Source of the DNA: an uncultured delta proteobacterium
GTDB taxonomy: Bacteria > Desulfobacterota > Binatia > UBA9968
DNA: 64,000 nucleotides
Assembly: GCA_963816145.1 (NCBI GenBank)
Contig: CAWFJP010000004.1
Span: 288,001-352,000, forward strand
Direction of reading: 5' to 3'
The translations under genes were made by a program, and so were the position numbers. The notes under the pieces are model-generated. The model was not told where the DNA came from and did not search any database. It was given only the letters and a program-made list of their open reading frames with translations. Below, in pieces: positions 33,527 to 44,210 of this stretch. The stretch's first letter is position 1, and the number at the start of each line of letters is the position of its first letter.

Positions 33527-35209
33527 ATGCGAAGTCATCTTAAAACGCTCTTGAGCCAAGCTGTCGAGAAGACGGCAAAGTCGGGAGAACTGAATAATAG
33601 CGAGCTGCCGCCGCTCCACCTGGAGCCGCCGAAGCAGCGCGAGTTCGGCGACTTGTCATCGAACGTCGCTATGCTGTGGGCCAAGAGCGCCAAGAAAAAC
33701 CCGCGGGCGATCGCCGAGGCGATTCTCAAGAATATCGACGATGCCGACGGCATTCTCGCGCGCCAAGAGATCGCCGGGCCCGGGTTTTTGAATTTCGCAT
33801 TCGCGCCGAAGTTTTATTTCGCCCAGTTGCGCGAGGTCGCCGCCGGCAAGCAGGACAAAATCGAAATCGGCCAGGGGCGCAAGGTGCAGGTGGAATTTGC
33901 CAGCGTCAATCCGACCGGACCGCTTCATGTCGGCCATGGCCGGGTGGCGGTGATCGGCGATGTCTTGGCGCGCTTGCACGAAGCCACCGGCTTCAACGTC
34001 GAGCGCGAGTATTACGTCAACGACGCCGGCAACCAGATGGAGAATCTCGGGCTGTCGCTTTACGCCCGTTATCTGGAACAATTGGGCCGTCCAGCCGAGT
34101 TTCCCGAAGCGGGCTACCCCGGCGACTACGTCAAGGAGATCGCAGCTGAGATCGTGGCGCGGGACGGCGACAAGTATCTCCACCAGGACAAGGACGAGGC
34201 GGTAAAGTTCTTTCGCCAGTACGGCGGCGATGCGCTGCTCAACACCATTCGCGGCCAACTGGGCGACTTCGGCATCCGCTTCGATTGTTATTTCAGCGAG
34301 ACGGCGATGCGCGAGCGCAGCGAGGTCGCCCAATCGATGGCGGCGCTGCGCGCGCGCGGCCTGCTCTATTCCCAAGACGGCGCCGAGTGGTACCGTTCGA
34401 CCCAGTTCGGCGACGACAAAGACCGCACGGTGATCAAGAGCGACGGCGAGCTCACTTACTTTGCCGCTGACATCGCCTATCACCGCAACAAGTTCGAGCG
34501 CGGGTTCGACAAACTGATCAATGTCTGGGGCGCCGATCATCATGGCTATGTGCCGCGCTTGAAGGCGGCGATGCAGGGGCTGGGTTACGACGCCAACGCA
34601 TTGCAAGTGGTGCTCGTCCAGATGGTTCAATTGAGTCGTGGCGGCGAGCCGGTGCGCATGGGCAAGCGCACGGGTGAATTCGTCGCTCTCGAAGACGTGC
34701 TCCAAGAAGTGGGGCGCGACGCGGCGCGGTTTTTCTATCTCATGCGCAAGTCGGACAGCCATCTCGACTTCGATCTGGAGCTGGCGAAAAAGCAGTCGAG
34801 CGACAATCCGGTGTTCTACGTCCAGTACGCCCACGCGCGGGTGGCGAGTATTTTCGAGCAAGCGGCAAAAAGTGGCGTCGCCCTCGGCGCCCCCGAGTCG
34901 GTGCCGGTAGAGCGCTTGGAGCTGGCCGAAGAGTTGGAGTTGATCCGCCAGATGATTCAATTCAACGATGTCTTGGAGGAGTCGGTGCGCGAACTCGAAC
35001 CGCACCGTATGGTATTCTATTTACTGGAAATCGCCGGTGAGTTTCATCGTTACTACAACCGCAACCGGGTGGTGTCCGACGATGTCGACTTGAGCCGGGC
35101 GCGTTTGTTATTGTTGGCCAACATTCAAAAGACGATTCGCAAAGGCTTGGAGATCCTCGGTGTCGACGCACCGATGAAAATGGCTGCGAAGGCGGAAACC
35201 GAAGCTTGA
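33527..35209 (+). CDS. argS: arginine--tRNA ligase
   Basis: FGDLSSN, EFASVNPTGPLHVGHGR, GADHHGY, YVQYAHAR. Confidence 0.98.
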   Translation: MRSHLKTLLSQAVEKTAKSGELNNSELPPLHLEPPKQREFGDLSSNVAMLWAKSAKKNPRAIAEAILKNIDDADGILARQEIAGPGFLNFAFAPKFYFAQLREVAAGKQDKIEIGQGRKVQVEFASVNPTGPLHVGHGRVAVIGDVLARLHEATGFNVEREYYVNDAGNQMENLGLSLYARYLEQLGRPAEFPEAGYPGDYVKEIAAEIVARDGDKYLHQDKDEAVKFFRQYGGDALLNTIRGQLGDFGIRFDCYFSETAMRERSEVAQSMAALRARGLLYSQDGAEWYRSTQFGDDKDRTVIKSDGELTYFAADIAYHRNKFERGFDKLINVWGADHHGYVPRLKAAMQGLGYDANALQVVLVQMVQLSRGGEPVRMGKRTGEFVALEDVLQEVGRDAARFFYLMRKSDSHLDFDLELAKKQSSDNPVFYVQYAHARVASIFEQAAKSGVALGAPESVPVERLELAEELELIRQMIQFNDVLEESVRELEPHRMVFYLLEIAGEFHRYYNRNRVVSDDVDLSRARLLLLANIQKTIRKGLEILGVDAPMKMAAKAETEA

Positions 35210-35240
35210 CCAGGCGAGACAAGGCGAGAGGTTAATCGAA

Positions 35241-35939
35241 ATGGCGGAGAATCGTAGAGGCAAAGACAGCCGATATTACCTGAGTCGCGGCCAGATGATT
35301 ATTCTCGGCGGCACTTTCACCTTGGCTTCGGTGGTGATCTTTCTCATCGGCATGATGGTGGGCAAGGTGATCGAGGAGCGGAAGATCCAAAAAAAGGATG
35401 AGCCCCTGGTGAAAATGCCGGTCAAGCCCGCCGGTGCCGCAGGTGGCGCGGCAGCGAAAAACGATGAGATCACCTTCTACGATACCTTGGCGAAGTCCCG
35501 CAGTGCTCAGGCACTGACCGAGCAACCGACCAAGGAGGTCAAACCGGCCGAAAAAACCGTCCGCGCCGAGGACAAAGAAACTAAAGCCGCCGTCAAAGCC
35601 GACACGCAGCTGGCCAAGCCGACGGAAAACAAAGCGGCTAAACCCCAGCCACCGGCTGAGATCACTAAGACGGAGTCCACCGAGTCCACCGATACCGCCG
35701 AAGGAAAAGTTTGGCGCGCCCAAGTGGACGCATTTCCCGACGAGCGGTCGGCGAAACAGTTGGTTGATCGACTGAAAAATAAGGGCTACAACGCCTATGT
35801 TAGTGAGGTGCAATATCGCGGCAAGCCCTGGTATCGGGTCAGCGTCGGCAAATACGGCGCACGCGAGGAAGCCGACAAAGTCGTGAGCGCGCTCAAGGGC
35901 AAAGAAAACTATGCGAAAGCGTTCGCCGCGTCCAAGTGA
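35241..35939 (+). CDS. SPOR-domain membrane protein (FtsN/DedD-like)
   Basis: N-terminal TM, TFYDTL motif, low-complexity linker, C-terminal SPOR (AQVDAF...WYRVSVG); follows argS. Confidence 0.85.
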   Translation: MAENRRGKDSRYYLSRGQMIILGGTFTLASVVIFLIGMMVGKVIEERKIQKKDEPLVKMPVKPAGAAGGAAAKNDEITFYDTLAKSRSAQALTEQPTKEVKPAEKTVRAEDKETKAAVKADTQLAKPTENKAAKPQPPAEITKTESTESTDTAEGKVWRAQVDAFPDERSAKQLVDRLKNKGYNAYVSEVQYRGKPWYRVSVGKYGAREEADKVVSALKGKENYAKAFAASK

Positions 35940-36973
35940 GCAGGGCGACACAGACCATGAACATACGCGAAGCCATCGATAAGTTAGTCAACCGGATCAA
36001 CTTGACTGAAGCGCAGACCGTCGATGTTATGAACCAAATCATGACCGGCGAGGCGACGCCGCTGCAGGTGGCGTCCTTTCTGACCGCGCTGCGCATGAAA
36101 GGCGAAACCGTCGATGAGGTCACCGGAGCGGCGCGGGTTATGCGCGAAAAGGCGCATCGGGTCAATGTCGGCGGCAAGACCGTGCTCGATACCTGCGGCA
36201 CCGGCGGTGATCAAACGGGCACATTCAATATCTCAACGACATGCGCATTCGTGGTCGCTGGCGCCGGCGTCAATGTCGCCAAGCACGGCAACCGTTCAGT
36301 GTCGAGCCAATCGGGCAGCGCTGATGTGTTGGGCGCATTAGGCGTCAAAGTCGATGCGCCAAAAGAGCGCGTCGAGCATTGCATCGCCAAGATCGGCATC
36401 GGTTTCCTGTTCGCCCCGCTGCTCCATGAAGCGATGAAGTACGCGGTGCAGCCGCGCCGCGACATCGGTATTCGCACCATCTTTAATTTACTCGGGCCGC
36501 TGACCAATCCGGCCATGGCGACCCAGCAGCTGATCGGCATCTACAGTGGCGACTTGGTCGGCATGGTTGCCAACGTTCTGAAGAATCTTGGCAGTGCGCG
36601 GGCGATGGTCGTGCATGGACTCGAGGGCTTGGATGAAATCTCTCTGTGCGGGCCGACCCAAGTAGCCGAGCTGCGCGACGGCGCCGTCAAAGAATTCCAA
36701 ATCGAGCCCGAACAGTTCGGTCTCAAACGCTGCGTTTTAGCGGACCTGCATGGCGGCAGCGCCGAGGAGAGCGCGGTGATTGTCCGCGCCGTCCTCGATG
36801 GCAAGAGCGGTGCGCCGCGCGATGTCGTGCTGTTAAACAGCGGCGCGGCGCTTTACGTCAGCGGCAGTGCCGCCAATCTGCCGGATGGCATCAAACTGGC
36901 CGCCAAGTCCATCGACAGCGGCAAGGCGCGCCAAAAACTCCAGCAGCTGGTCGAGCTGACCAACGCCGCATAG
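35936..36973 (+). CDS. trpD: anthranilate phosphoribosyltransferase
   Basis: DTCGTGGD, FNIST, KHGNRSVSSQSGSAD; GTGA overlap start (alternative ATG 35957). Confidence 0.97.
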   Translation: MSRATQTMNIREAIDKLVNRINLTEAQTVDVMNQIMTGEATPLQVASFLTALRMKGETVDEVTGAARVMREKAHRVNVGGKTVLDTCGTGGDQTGTFNISTTCAFVVAGAGVNVAKHGNRSVSSQSGSADVLGALGVKVDAPKERVEHCIAKIGIGFLFAPLLHEAMKYAVQPRRDIGIRTIFNLLGPLTNPAMATQQLIGIYSGDLVGMVANVLKNLGSARAMVVHGLEGLDEISLCGPTQVAELRDGAVKEFQIEPEQFGLKRCVLADLHGGSAEESAVIVRAVLDGKSGAPRDVVLLNSGAALYVSGSAANLPDGIKLAAKSIDSGKARQKLQQLVELTNAA

Positions 36974-36980
36974 TTGATCC

Positions 36981-37760
36981 ATGGCTGAAATCCTGGCCAC
37001 CATCGCGGCGCATGTGCGTGAAGTCGTTGCCGTGCGCCAGCGCGAACTGCCACTGACCGCGCTGCGCGAGCGCTCGCTGTTTGGCGCGCCCACGCGCGGT
37101 TTTGCCAGAGCTCTGTCCGGTACCAAACGCCACATCGTTGCCGAGGTCAAAAAAGCTTCGCCGTCCAAGGGGCTGATCCGCGCCGACTTCGATCCGGTCG
37201 CCATCGCCAAAGACTACGCGGCCCATGGCGCCAGTGCTATATCGGTGTTGACCGAGGAGCGTTTTTTTCAAGGCGACTTGGCTTATCTCGAACAGATTCA
37301 CGCGAGTGTCGAGGTGCCGCTGTTGCGCAAGGATTTCATGCTCGATCCGTATCAGATCGTCGAAGCGAAAAGCTGCGGCGCTGACGCGGTGCTATTCATC
37401 GCGGCGATGCTTGATGGCCAACTCATGGGCGAACTGCGCCACCAGGCCAGTGAATTACAAATGGACTCGCTGGTGGAAGTGCATTGTGAAACAGAGCTAG
37501 CGGCGGCCTTAAGAGCCGGCGCCCAGTTGATCGGCATCAACAACCGCGATCTGAAAACCTTTGCCGTGAGCTTGGCGACCACCGAACGACTGGCGCCGCT
37601 GGTGCCGGCGGGCATGCCGGCGGTCTGTGAAAGCGGTATCGACAGTATCGAGCAGATCCGCCGAGTCGAGACATTTGGCATCCACGCGTTTCTGATCGGC
37701 GAGTCGCTCATGCGCGCACCCGAGCCCGGTGTGAAGCTCAGCGAATTGTTAAACGGCTGA
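36981..37760 (+). CDS. trpC: indole-3-glycerol phosphate synthase
   Basis: AEVKKASPSKG, LRKDF, GINNRDL, ESGI. Confidence 0.97.
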   Translation: MAEILATIAAHVREVVAVRQRELPLTALRERSLFGAPTRGFARALSGTKRHIVAEVKKASPSKGLIRADFDPVAIAKDYAAHGASAISVLTEERFFQGDLAYLEQIHASVEVPLLRKDFMLDPYQIVEAKSCGADAVLFIAAMLDGQLMGELRHQASELQMDSLVEVHCETELAAALRAGAQLIGINNRDLKTFAVSLATTERLAPLVPAGMPAVCESGIDSIEQIRRVETFGIHAFLIGESLMRAPEPGVKLSELLNG

Positions 37761-37773
37761 GGGTTCTGTGCCG

Positions 37774-38403
37774 ATGCCGGTCAAGATCAAGGTTTGCGGC
37801 ATTACCAATCTCGGCGACGCCGAGAAGGCGCTGGAGTTTGGCGCGGATATTTTGGGCTTCAATTTTTATCCGCCGAGCCCGCGCTGTGTTACGCCGGGAA
37901 AGGCCAGGGAAATTATCGAGCGCTTGCCGCGCGATGCCTTCAACGTAGCGCTGTTCGTCAACGAGCCCAAAGCGCGCGTGAGCGAAGTGTTGGCGGCGGG
38001 CCGCTGGCCGGATGGACGGCAAGGCTATCGCGGCGTGCAGTTTCACGGCGAGGAGAACGGCGCGTACTGTCAAGGCTGGGATGTGAAAGTGATCAAAGCG
38101 TTTCGCATCAAAGAGCAGGCTTCGCTCGTCGCCTTGAAAGGTTACCCGGCGGACTACTATCTGCTCGATTCCTTTTCCGCGGGATACGGCGGCTCGGGAA
38201 AGATGTTTCCTTGGGAATGGCTCGATGGCATCGACGCCGGCAAGATCCTGCTCTCGGGCGGGTTGCGGGTCGACAATGTCGCCGAGGCGATCCGCAAGAT
38301 TCAACCGTTTGGAGTCGATGTCTGCAGCGGCGTGGAAGCGCGCCCAGGTATTAAAGATCATGGCAAACTCAAAGAATTTATCGATGCTGCCAAAGGTGCC
38401 TGA
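37774..38403 (+). CDS. trpF: phosphoribosylanthranilate isomerase
   Basis: [29 protein letters not shown]. Confidence 0.95.
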   Translation: MPVKIKVCGITNLGDAEKALEFGADILGFNFYPPSPRCVTPGKAREIIERLPRDAFNVALFVNEPKARVSEVLAAGRWPDGRQGYRGVQFHGEENGAYCQGWDVKVIKAFRIKEQASLVALKGYPADYYLLDSFSAGYGGSGKMFPWEWLDGIDAGKILLSGGLRVDNVAEAIRKIQPFGVDVCSGVEARPGIKDHGKLKEFIDAAKGA

Positions 38404-39580
38404 CCGGCGCGGCCATTTCGGGCCCTACGGCGGGCGCTATGTGGCGGAAACCCTCATGCCTGCGCTTAGCGAATTGGAGCGTGGCTATGCGCAAGTGCGC
38501 CGGGATGGCGGATTCAAACGCGAACTTGCCTATTATCTCAAAGAGTATGTCGGCCGGGAAACACCGCTTTATTTCGCCGAAAGATTGACCCGCAACCTGG
38601 GTGGCGCCACGGTCTATCTCAAACGCGAGGACCTCTGTCACACCGGCGCGCATAAGATCAACAACACCATGGGCCAGATCCTCCTGGCGCGGCACATGGG
38701 CAAGCGGCGCATCATCGCCGAGACCGGTGCAGGACAACATGGTGTGGCGACCGCCACGGTGGCGGCGCGTTTCGGCATGGAGTGTGAGATCTTTATGGGC
38801 AAGGAAGATGTCCAGCGCCAGTCGCTCAACGTCTTTCGTATGAGGCTCCTGGGCGCCAAAGTGCGCGAGGTCGAATCCGGTAGCCAAACGCTCAAGGATG
38901 CCATGAATGAAGCGCTGCGCGACTGGGTGACCAACGTGCGCACGACCTATTACCTAATCGGCTCGGTGGCCGGGCCGCACCCCTATCCGATGATGGTGCG
39001 GGATTTTCAATCGGTCATCGGCCGCGAGGCGCGTCGGCAGATTCTCAAAAAAGAAGGGCGGCTGCCGGATTATCTGGTCGCCTGTGTCGGCGGCGGCAGC
39101 AACTCAATGGGGCTGTTTTTCCCATTCATCAAAGACCGGCAAGTCAAAATGCTTGGTGTCGAGGCCGCGGGCCATGGACTAGGTTCTGGCAAACACTCGG
39201 CGACTATCCAGCGCGGCGAAGTGGGAGTCTTACATGGCAGCAAGAGCTATCTGCTCCAAGACGACAAAGGCCAAGTTAAGGAAACCCATTCGGTTGCGGC
39301 GGGCTTGGACTATCCCGGTGTCGGCCCTGAACTAAGTTATCTGCGCGACTGTGGCCGGGTGCAGTTCGATTCGGCAACTGACGATGAGGCGATCACCTCG
39401 ATCCGGTTTCTTGCCGAGGTCGAAGGGATCATTCCCGCCCTGGAAAGCGCCCATGCGATCGCCGTGGTGCGGCGCTTGGCGCCTAAACTGAAGAAACGCC
39501 AAATCATCATTGTCAACCTGTCCGGCCGCGGCGATAAGGACATGATCACCGTCGGCGATTATCTCGGAGCGAAGCTATAA
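38384..39580 (+). CDS. trpB: tryptophan synthase beta chain
   Basis: [39 protein letters not shown]; start moved to ATG 38384. Confidence 0.98.
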   Translation: MLPKVPDRRGHFGPYGGRYVAETLMPALSELERGYAQVRRDGGFKRELAYYLKEYVGRETPLYFAERLTRNLGGATVYLKREDLCHTGAHKINNTMGQILLARHMGKRRIIAETGAGQHGVATATVAARFGMECEIFMGKEDVQRQSLNVFRMRLLGAKVREVESGSQTLKDAMNEALRDWVTNVRTTYYLIGSVAGPHPYPMMVRDFQSVIGREARRQILKKEGRLPDYLVACVGGGSNSMGLFFPFIKDRQVKMLGVEAAGHGLGSGKHSATIQRGEVGVLHGSKSYLLQDDKGQVKETHSVAAGLDYPGVGPELSYLRDCGRVQFDSATDDEAITSIRFLAEVEGIIPALESAHAIAVVRRLAPKLKKRQIIIVNLSGRGDKDMITVGDYLGAKL

Positions 39581-39585
39581 GAATC

Positions 39586-39669
39586 GTTCAAAAGTTCAAC
39601 GTTTCAAACGTTCAAGGTTGGACGGGGATCTGCGCAGCCATTGAAGTTTTGAACCTTGAACGGGCTTGA
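39586..39669. repeat. GTTCAA/TTGAAC short-repeat inverted element between trpB and trpA
   Basis: four (G)TTCAA units followed by three to four TTGA(AC) units; GTTCAAGGTT pairs exactly with AACCTTGAAC. Confidence 0.7.
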
Positions 39670-39679
39670 TAATTTAACT

Positions 39680-40492
39680 ATGAGCCGTATCGAAAAAAAA
39701 TTTATTGAATTAAAGCATCGCGGTGAAGCCGCGCTGATTCCCTTTATCACCGCCGGCGACCCTGACTTGGCCATCACGCTCAAGATCATGCGTGCATTGG
39801 AAGCCGGCGGCGCCGACGCCATTGAGTTGGGCATTCCGTTTTCCGATCCCTCGGCGGATGGTCCGACGATTCAGCGTTCGTCGGAACGGGCTTTGCAGAA
39901 CCCGATCACTTTGCCGGCAATTTTCCGGTTGGTGCGCGAGTTCCGCCGCACTTCCGAACTGCCGATCATTTTGTTCGGTTATTACAATCCATTTTTTCGT
40001 TTCGGTCTCGACAAGTTTGCTAATCAAGCGGCGCAAGCCGGCGCCGATGGCGTGCTCTGCGTCGACTTGCCGCCGGAAGAGAGCGGTGAACTCAAGCATC
40101 GCACCGATCGTTGTGGTCTAGACGTAATTTTTCTCCTATCGCCTACCAGCGGTGCGGATCGGCGCCGCTTGGTCGCGCGCCAAGGCCGCGGCTTTATCTA
40201 TTATGTCTCGGTGACCGGGGTCACTGGCGCGCGGCAATCTTTCGATAGTGATCTGCGCCGCCAAGTCGCTCTGGTGCGCAAGGCGACTGCATTGCCGGTG
40301 GGGGTGGGCTTCGGCATTTCGACACCGAAGCAAGCCGCTTGGATCGCCGAGTTCGCCGATGCCGCGGTCGTCGGCAGTGCTTTGGTGCAACGCATCGAGC
40401 AGGGCAGAAGCAAATCTGACAAGGTGAAACAAGCCGGGAAATTCGTCGCCCAGCTCAAACGGGCGATGAAGCAAGCGCGCAAGAAAACCTAG
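39680..40492 (+). CDS. trpA: tryptophan synthase alpha chain
   Basis: ELGIPFSDPSADGPTIQ, YYNP, GVTG, GFGIS; start ATG 39680. Confidence 0.98.
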   Translation: MSRIEKKFIELKHRGEAALIPFITAGDPDLAITLKIMRALEAGGADAIELGIPFSDPSADGPTIQRSSERALQNPITLPAIFRLVREFRRTSELPIILFGYYNPFFRFGLDKFANQAAQAGADGVLCVDLPPEESGELKHRTDRCGLDVIFLLSPTSGADRRRLVARQGRGFIYYVSVTGVTGARQSFDSDLRRQVALVRKATALPVGVGFGISTPKQAAWIAEFADAAVVGSALVQRIEQGRSKSDKVKQAGKFVAQLKRAMKQARKKT

Positions 40493-40545
40493 CTTTCCCA
40501 AAATGCGCGGAATCCGCCGATAGTGGCCGGGGACTGCCAAGCCGC

Positions 40546-41835
40546 ATGGCCAGTTATTCTGAAACTCTTGATCGGATCTACAACCTGCGCGGTGGCATCA
40601 TCGACCTGCGCCTCGACAGAGTCGCCGGAACGTTAAAGCTATTCGGCTATCCGGAAAGAAAATTCCCCTCCATTCACATCGCCGGCACCAACGGCAAAGG
40701 GTCAACCTCGGCGATTCTCCAGCGGATTCTTTCCCTGGCGGGCTACCGCACGGCTTTGTACACTTCGCCCCATCTGGTGGCGTTTACCGAGCGCATCAAG
40801 ATCGGCGACGATGAAATCACCGAAGCTGAAGTGGTGGCGATCGCCGACGAAATCTGGCAGCGCACCTCGACCGCAGGTATCGGACTCACTTATTTTGAAG
40901 TCGTAACGGTGATGGGGTTTATTTATTTCGCCCGCCACTCAGCCGAGCTGGCGGTTGTCGAAGTGGGCTTGGGCGGCCGCTACGACGCAACCAATGTCAT
41001 CACGCCGCTGGTTTCGCTAATCACGACGATTTCCAAAGATCATGAAGCGTTTCTCGGCACCGACCTTTTGTCGATCGCCGGCGAAAAAGCCGGCATCATC
41101 AAGCCTAGTATACCGGTGGTTTGCGGCGCGGTCGCCGCAGAAATCAAAGAACTGTTTCGCCACACTGCCGAGAAGCGGGGTTCAAATGCGTATTTCTTTG
41201 GTGCAGATTTTGATTTTTCCTTGAAAAATGAAGGGTTTTTCGATTATACAGGATTAAAACAACATTATTATAATCTTCCGCTTCGACTGCATGGCTTGCA
41301 TCAAAGGTATAACGCCTCGGTTGCGCTGGCAGGTTTAGAAGTCGTGCACGATCGATTCCCGGTGACCGAGCACGCGGTCCGCGCCGGCTTGGCAACCGTT
41401 CAATGGCCGGGAAGGTTCGAAGTGATGTTGGAGCGGCCGACGGTGGTCATCGACGGCGCGCATAATGGCGAAGGCATCCTGGCACTGGTCGAAGCGCTCA
41501 AAAGTTATCGCGGGCGCAAGATTAAATTGCTGTTCGCGGCGATGTCGGACAAAGATTGGCGGCTTATGTTGACGCGCTTGATCGGGGTTGTTTCCGAAGC
41601 GGTGTTCACAAGGGTTGCCGTGGAACGGAGCGCTGATCCGGCCGAGTTGGCAAACGGCTTTGCTGGCAGAATTGCTACGCGAGCTCACCCGGACTCAAGA
41701 GCGGCGTTGCGATTATTAATTGACGAATCCGCACCTGACGATGTTATTGTGGTAGCGGGTTCGCTTTATCTTCTCGGCGAAATTCGCCCGATGTTGCAAG
41801 AAATAGCCGCGGCGCAGCCCAAGCTCGCTGGCTGA
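40546..41835 (+). CDS. folC: folylpolyglutamate synthase / dihydrofolate synthase
   Basis: HIAGTNGKGS, TSPHL, EVGLGGRYDATN, WPGRF, DGAHN, GSLYL. Confidence 0.96.
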   Translation: MASYSETLDRIYNLRGGIIDLRLDRVAGTLKLFGYPERKFPSIHIAGTNGKGSTSAILQRILSLAGYRTALYTSPHLVAFTERIKIGDDEITEAEVVAIADEIWQRTSTAGIGLTYFEVVTVMGFIYFARHSAELAVVEVGLGGRYDATNVITPLVSLITTISKDHEAFLGTDLLSIAGEKAGIIKPSIPVVCGAVAAEIKELFRHTAEKRGSNAYFFGADFDFSLKNEGFFDYTGLKQHYYNLPLRLHGLHQRYNASVALAGLEVVHDRFPVTEHAVRAGLATVQWPGRFEVMLERPTVVIDGAHNGEGILALVEALKSYRGRKIKLLFAAMSDKDWRLMLTRLIGVVSEAVFTRVAVERSADPAELANGFAGRIATRAHPDSRAALRLLIDESAPDDVIVVAGSLYLLGEIRPMLQEIAAAQPKLAG

Positions 41836-41860
41836 GGCGCAGTTGCAGGCAAGAACCACA

Positions 41861-44182
41861 ATGATTTTACGACCGATCTCTTTTACGATCACCGCGCTGC
41901 TCGCGCTGGCGCCGTGGACCTCGTCTGTGGGCGCAGCCCAGGCGCCGCAACCGGGTGCTAATGATCCCGCGGCGGTAATTAACTTGCAGGCCGACAAGTT
42001 GTCGTCGAGTGACAGTGGCAATCAGATCGAAGCCACCGGCAATGTTGAGATCAAACGGGAATTAACTACGCTCAAGGCTAACGAACTGCGAATGAACCGG
42101 GCGACCCAGGATGTCGAAGCTGAGGGCCGGGTGACGCTGGACGATCCGGAATGGAAGATCAAGTCCGCCGACTCGATCCGCATGAACATGGAAAAGGAAA
42201 CCGGCGAGCTGCACAACGCCGACCTTTTCCTGGAACAGGGCCATATCAGCATGTCGGGGCGCCGCTTGGAGAAATTTGGCGGCCAGACCTATCACATCGA
42301 CGACGGCTTTTTTACCACCTGTCTGTGCGAATCCGGCGCGCCATCGTGGAAATTTTCCGCTGAGCAGATGGATCTCACCCTTCAGGGCACGGGAACGATC
42401 AAAAACGGTGTGTTCTACATCCTGGATTACCCGGTGCTCTACATTCCCTATGGATATTTCCCGCTACGCAGTGAGCGTCAGACCGGTTTACTATTTCCCA
42501 AAGTCGGCACCTCGAGCCACGACGGTTTTCGCTTTCTGCAACCCTTTTTTTGGGCGATCTCAAAAAACAGCGATGCTACGTTGTCCGCTGACATTGAGAC
42601 GAACTCGCGGTTTGGCGTCATCGGCGAATATCGCACACTTTTCGATCGCAACTCGGACTTCAAACTTGAATCATCGTATTTTAATGAAAATTGGCGAACC
42701 AACTACGACATAGCCGACCCAACCATCGCCGATCCGAATATTCCCAAACACCGCTGGAACCTTTTCGGCTCGCACCGTTATACCACGGCCTCCGATTGGC
42801 TTACCTACAGCGACACTGCGGCATACAGCGATGATTTGTTTACCCGTGAACTGATGGGGCGGCTGGATTTGTCGATTAGCCAGGAGGCGAATATTCTCCG
42901 CAGCCGTTACGGCGAGTCGCGCATGGGTTTGTTCAAAAACTGGGGCGATACCTTCGTCAAAGGGGAGTTCAATTTTTACCAAGACTTCATTCAGCCCGAT
43001 AAGACCACGTATTTGCGCACGCCGGAGGTTGGGTTTTGGGGCCGACGTTTATTCCCGGGATTTCCGTTGGAGCTGCGTTGGTCGGCGGATGGCATAAACT
43101 ATCTTCGGCGCGACCGCGGTGACGGTCTCCGTTTCGATCTCCGGCCGGAATTCGTGCTGCCGTTCAAACTCGCTTCGGTTGTGAACGGGTCATTGAGTGT
43201 CGCGCCACGCGAAACCTTCTATCATTTGTACAGCACGCCGGTGAATTCTACAGCGCATAATGTGTCACGCGAGCTGGTCGAAATTCGCAGTAATTTTAAC
43301 ACTGCGTTGAGCCGGGTCTTCGCGGTCGATAGCCTGGGCCTAAAGCAGATCAAGCATGTTTTGGAACCTGAGATCAGTTATCTATTTGTCCCGGGGGTCA
43401 ATCAAGACAAGATTCCCATTATGGACAACATCGATCGGGTTAACCGCCGCAATGTACTTACCTTTGCTGTCAATAACCGCCTATGGGGAAAATCCCCCAG
43501 TCCTCTCACCGATCAAGACTTAGACCGCAGTACCGAGTATCTTAGCCCGGCAGTGACGGGCGATGTCCAGGAGTTCGCATCGTTTCGGATGGCGTTGTCT
43601 TATGATATCGATAAGGAGCGCAATGGCAGCGATAGCCTGTCCGATCTCGATTTTCGTTTGCGTTTGACACCCCGGGGGTTTCTCGACCTTGATTTGATCG
43701 GCGGCTTGAACCCCGGACCATGGTCCATTACCCAGATGCTCGCCAGTGTGGCGATCACAGACCCGCGGCCTTTATTCCGGCGCTCGCTCGATGCCGATTT
43801 CAACCGGCCTAATACCTTTGGTTTGAGTTTTCACTTCTTGCGCCGCGGGCCAAATAGTTTTCTCGCCGATAATGCCAATGCCGACGTAGATTTGTGCTCA
43901 ACCACTCCGAACAACCCCAATTGCAAAAAAAACACCGTGGGAAATATCATCAACAATCTTTTATACCGTGTCACCGACAACCTGCTGTTCAATTTCAACA
44001 GTACTTACGACGTCCGGGATAGCCGCTTCATCGGTTTTCGGGCGATCAGTAAGTTTCTGTCGTTTTGCGAGTGTTGGACAGTGACCTTTGGTGTTTCGCA
44101 CAGCGTTAACCCGGATAAAACCAGCTTCAGTGTGGACTTCAGTTTACTCGGGCTGGGCAATCCGAAAACTTCATTGAAGTAG
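41861..44182 (+). CDS. lptD: LPS-assembly outer membrane protein LptD
   Basis: signal peptide, OstA-like N-domain, FTTC, RQTGLLFP, KHVLEPEISY, C-terminal CW strand. Confidence 0.88.
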   Translation: MILRPISFTITALLALAPWTSSVGAAQAPQPGANDPAAVINLQADKLSSSDSGNQIEATGNVEIKRELTTLKANELRMNRATQDVEAEGRVTLDDPEWKIKSADSIRMNMEKETGELHNADLFLEQGHISMSGRRLEKFGGQTYHIDDGFFTTCLCESGAPSWKFSAEQMDLTLQGTGTIKNGVFYILDYPVLYIPYGYFPLRSERQTGLLFPKVGTSSHDGFRFLQPFFWAISKNSDATLSADIETNSRFGVIGEYRTLFDRNSDFKLESSYFNENWRTNYDIADPTIADPNIPKHRWNLFGSHRYTTASDWLTYSDTAAYSDDLFTRELMGRLDLSISQEANILRSRYGESRMGLFKNWGDTFVKGEFNFYQDFIQPDKTTYLRTPEVGFWGRRLFPGFPLELRWSADGINYLRRDRGDGLRFDLRPEFVLPFKLASVVNGSLSVAPRETFYHLYSTPVNSTAHNVSRELVEIRSNFNTALSRVFAVDSLGLKQIKHVLEPEISYLFVPGVNQDKIPIMDNIDRVNRRNVLTFAVNNRLWGKSPSPLTDQDLDRSTEYLSPAVTGDVQEFASFRMALSYDIDKERNGSDSLSDLDFRLRLTPRGFLDLDLIGGLNPGPWSITQMLASVAITDPRPLFRRSLDADFNRPNTFGLSFHFLRRGPNSFLADNANADVDLCSTTPNNPNCKKNTVGNIINNLLYRVTDNLLFNFNSTYDVRDSRFIGFRAISKFLSFCECWTVTFGVSHSVNPDKTSFSVDFSLLGLGNPKTSLK

Positions 44183-44210
44183 CGGCAAGATTCGGGTTCG
44201 GTGCATCGCT

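Noticed and set aside
33656-35005. 449-aa minus-strand ORF
   Set aside because: Antisense shadow of argS caused by high-GC codon bias; no recognisable motifs. The same applies to the many antisense ORFs across rpoBC and the r-protein genes.
39586-39669. CRISPR array
   Set aside because: Units are only 6-9 nt, there are no spacers, and there are no cas genes.
35936-41835. Missing trpE/trpG and accD as a novelty
   Set aside because: Split trp operons and variable trpA-(accD)-folC arrangements are common.
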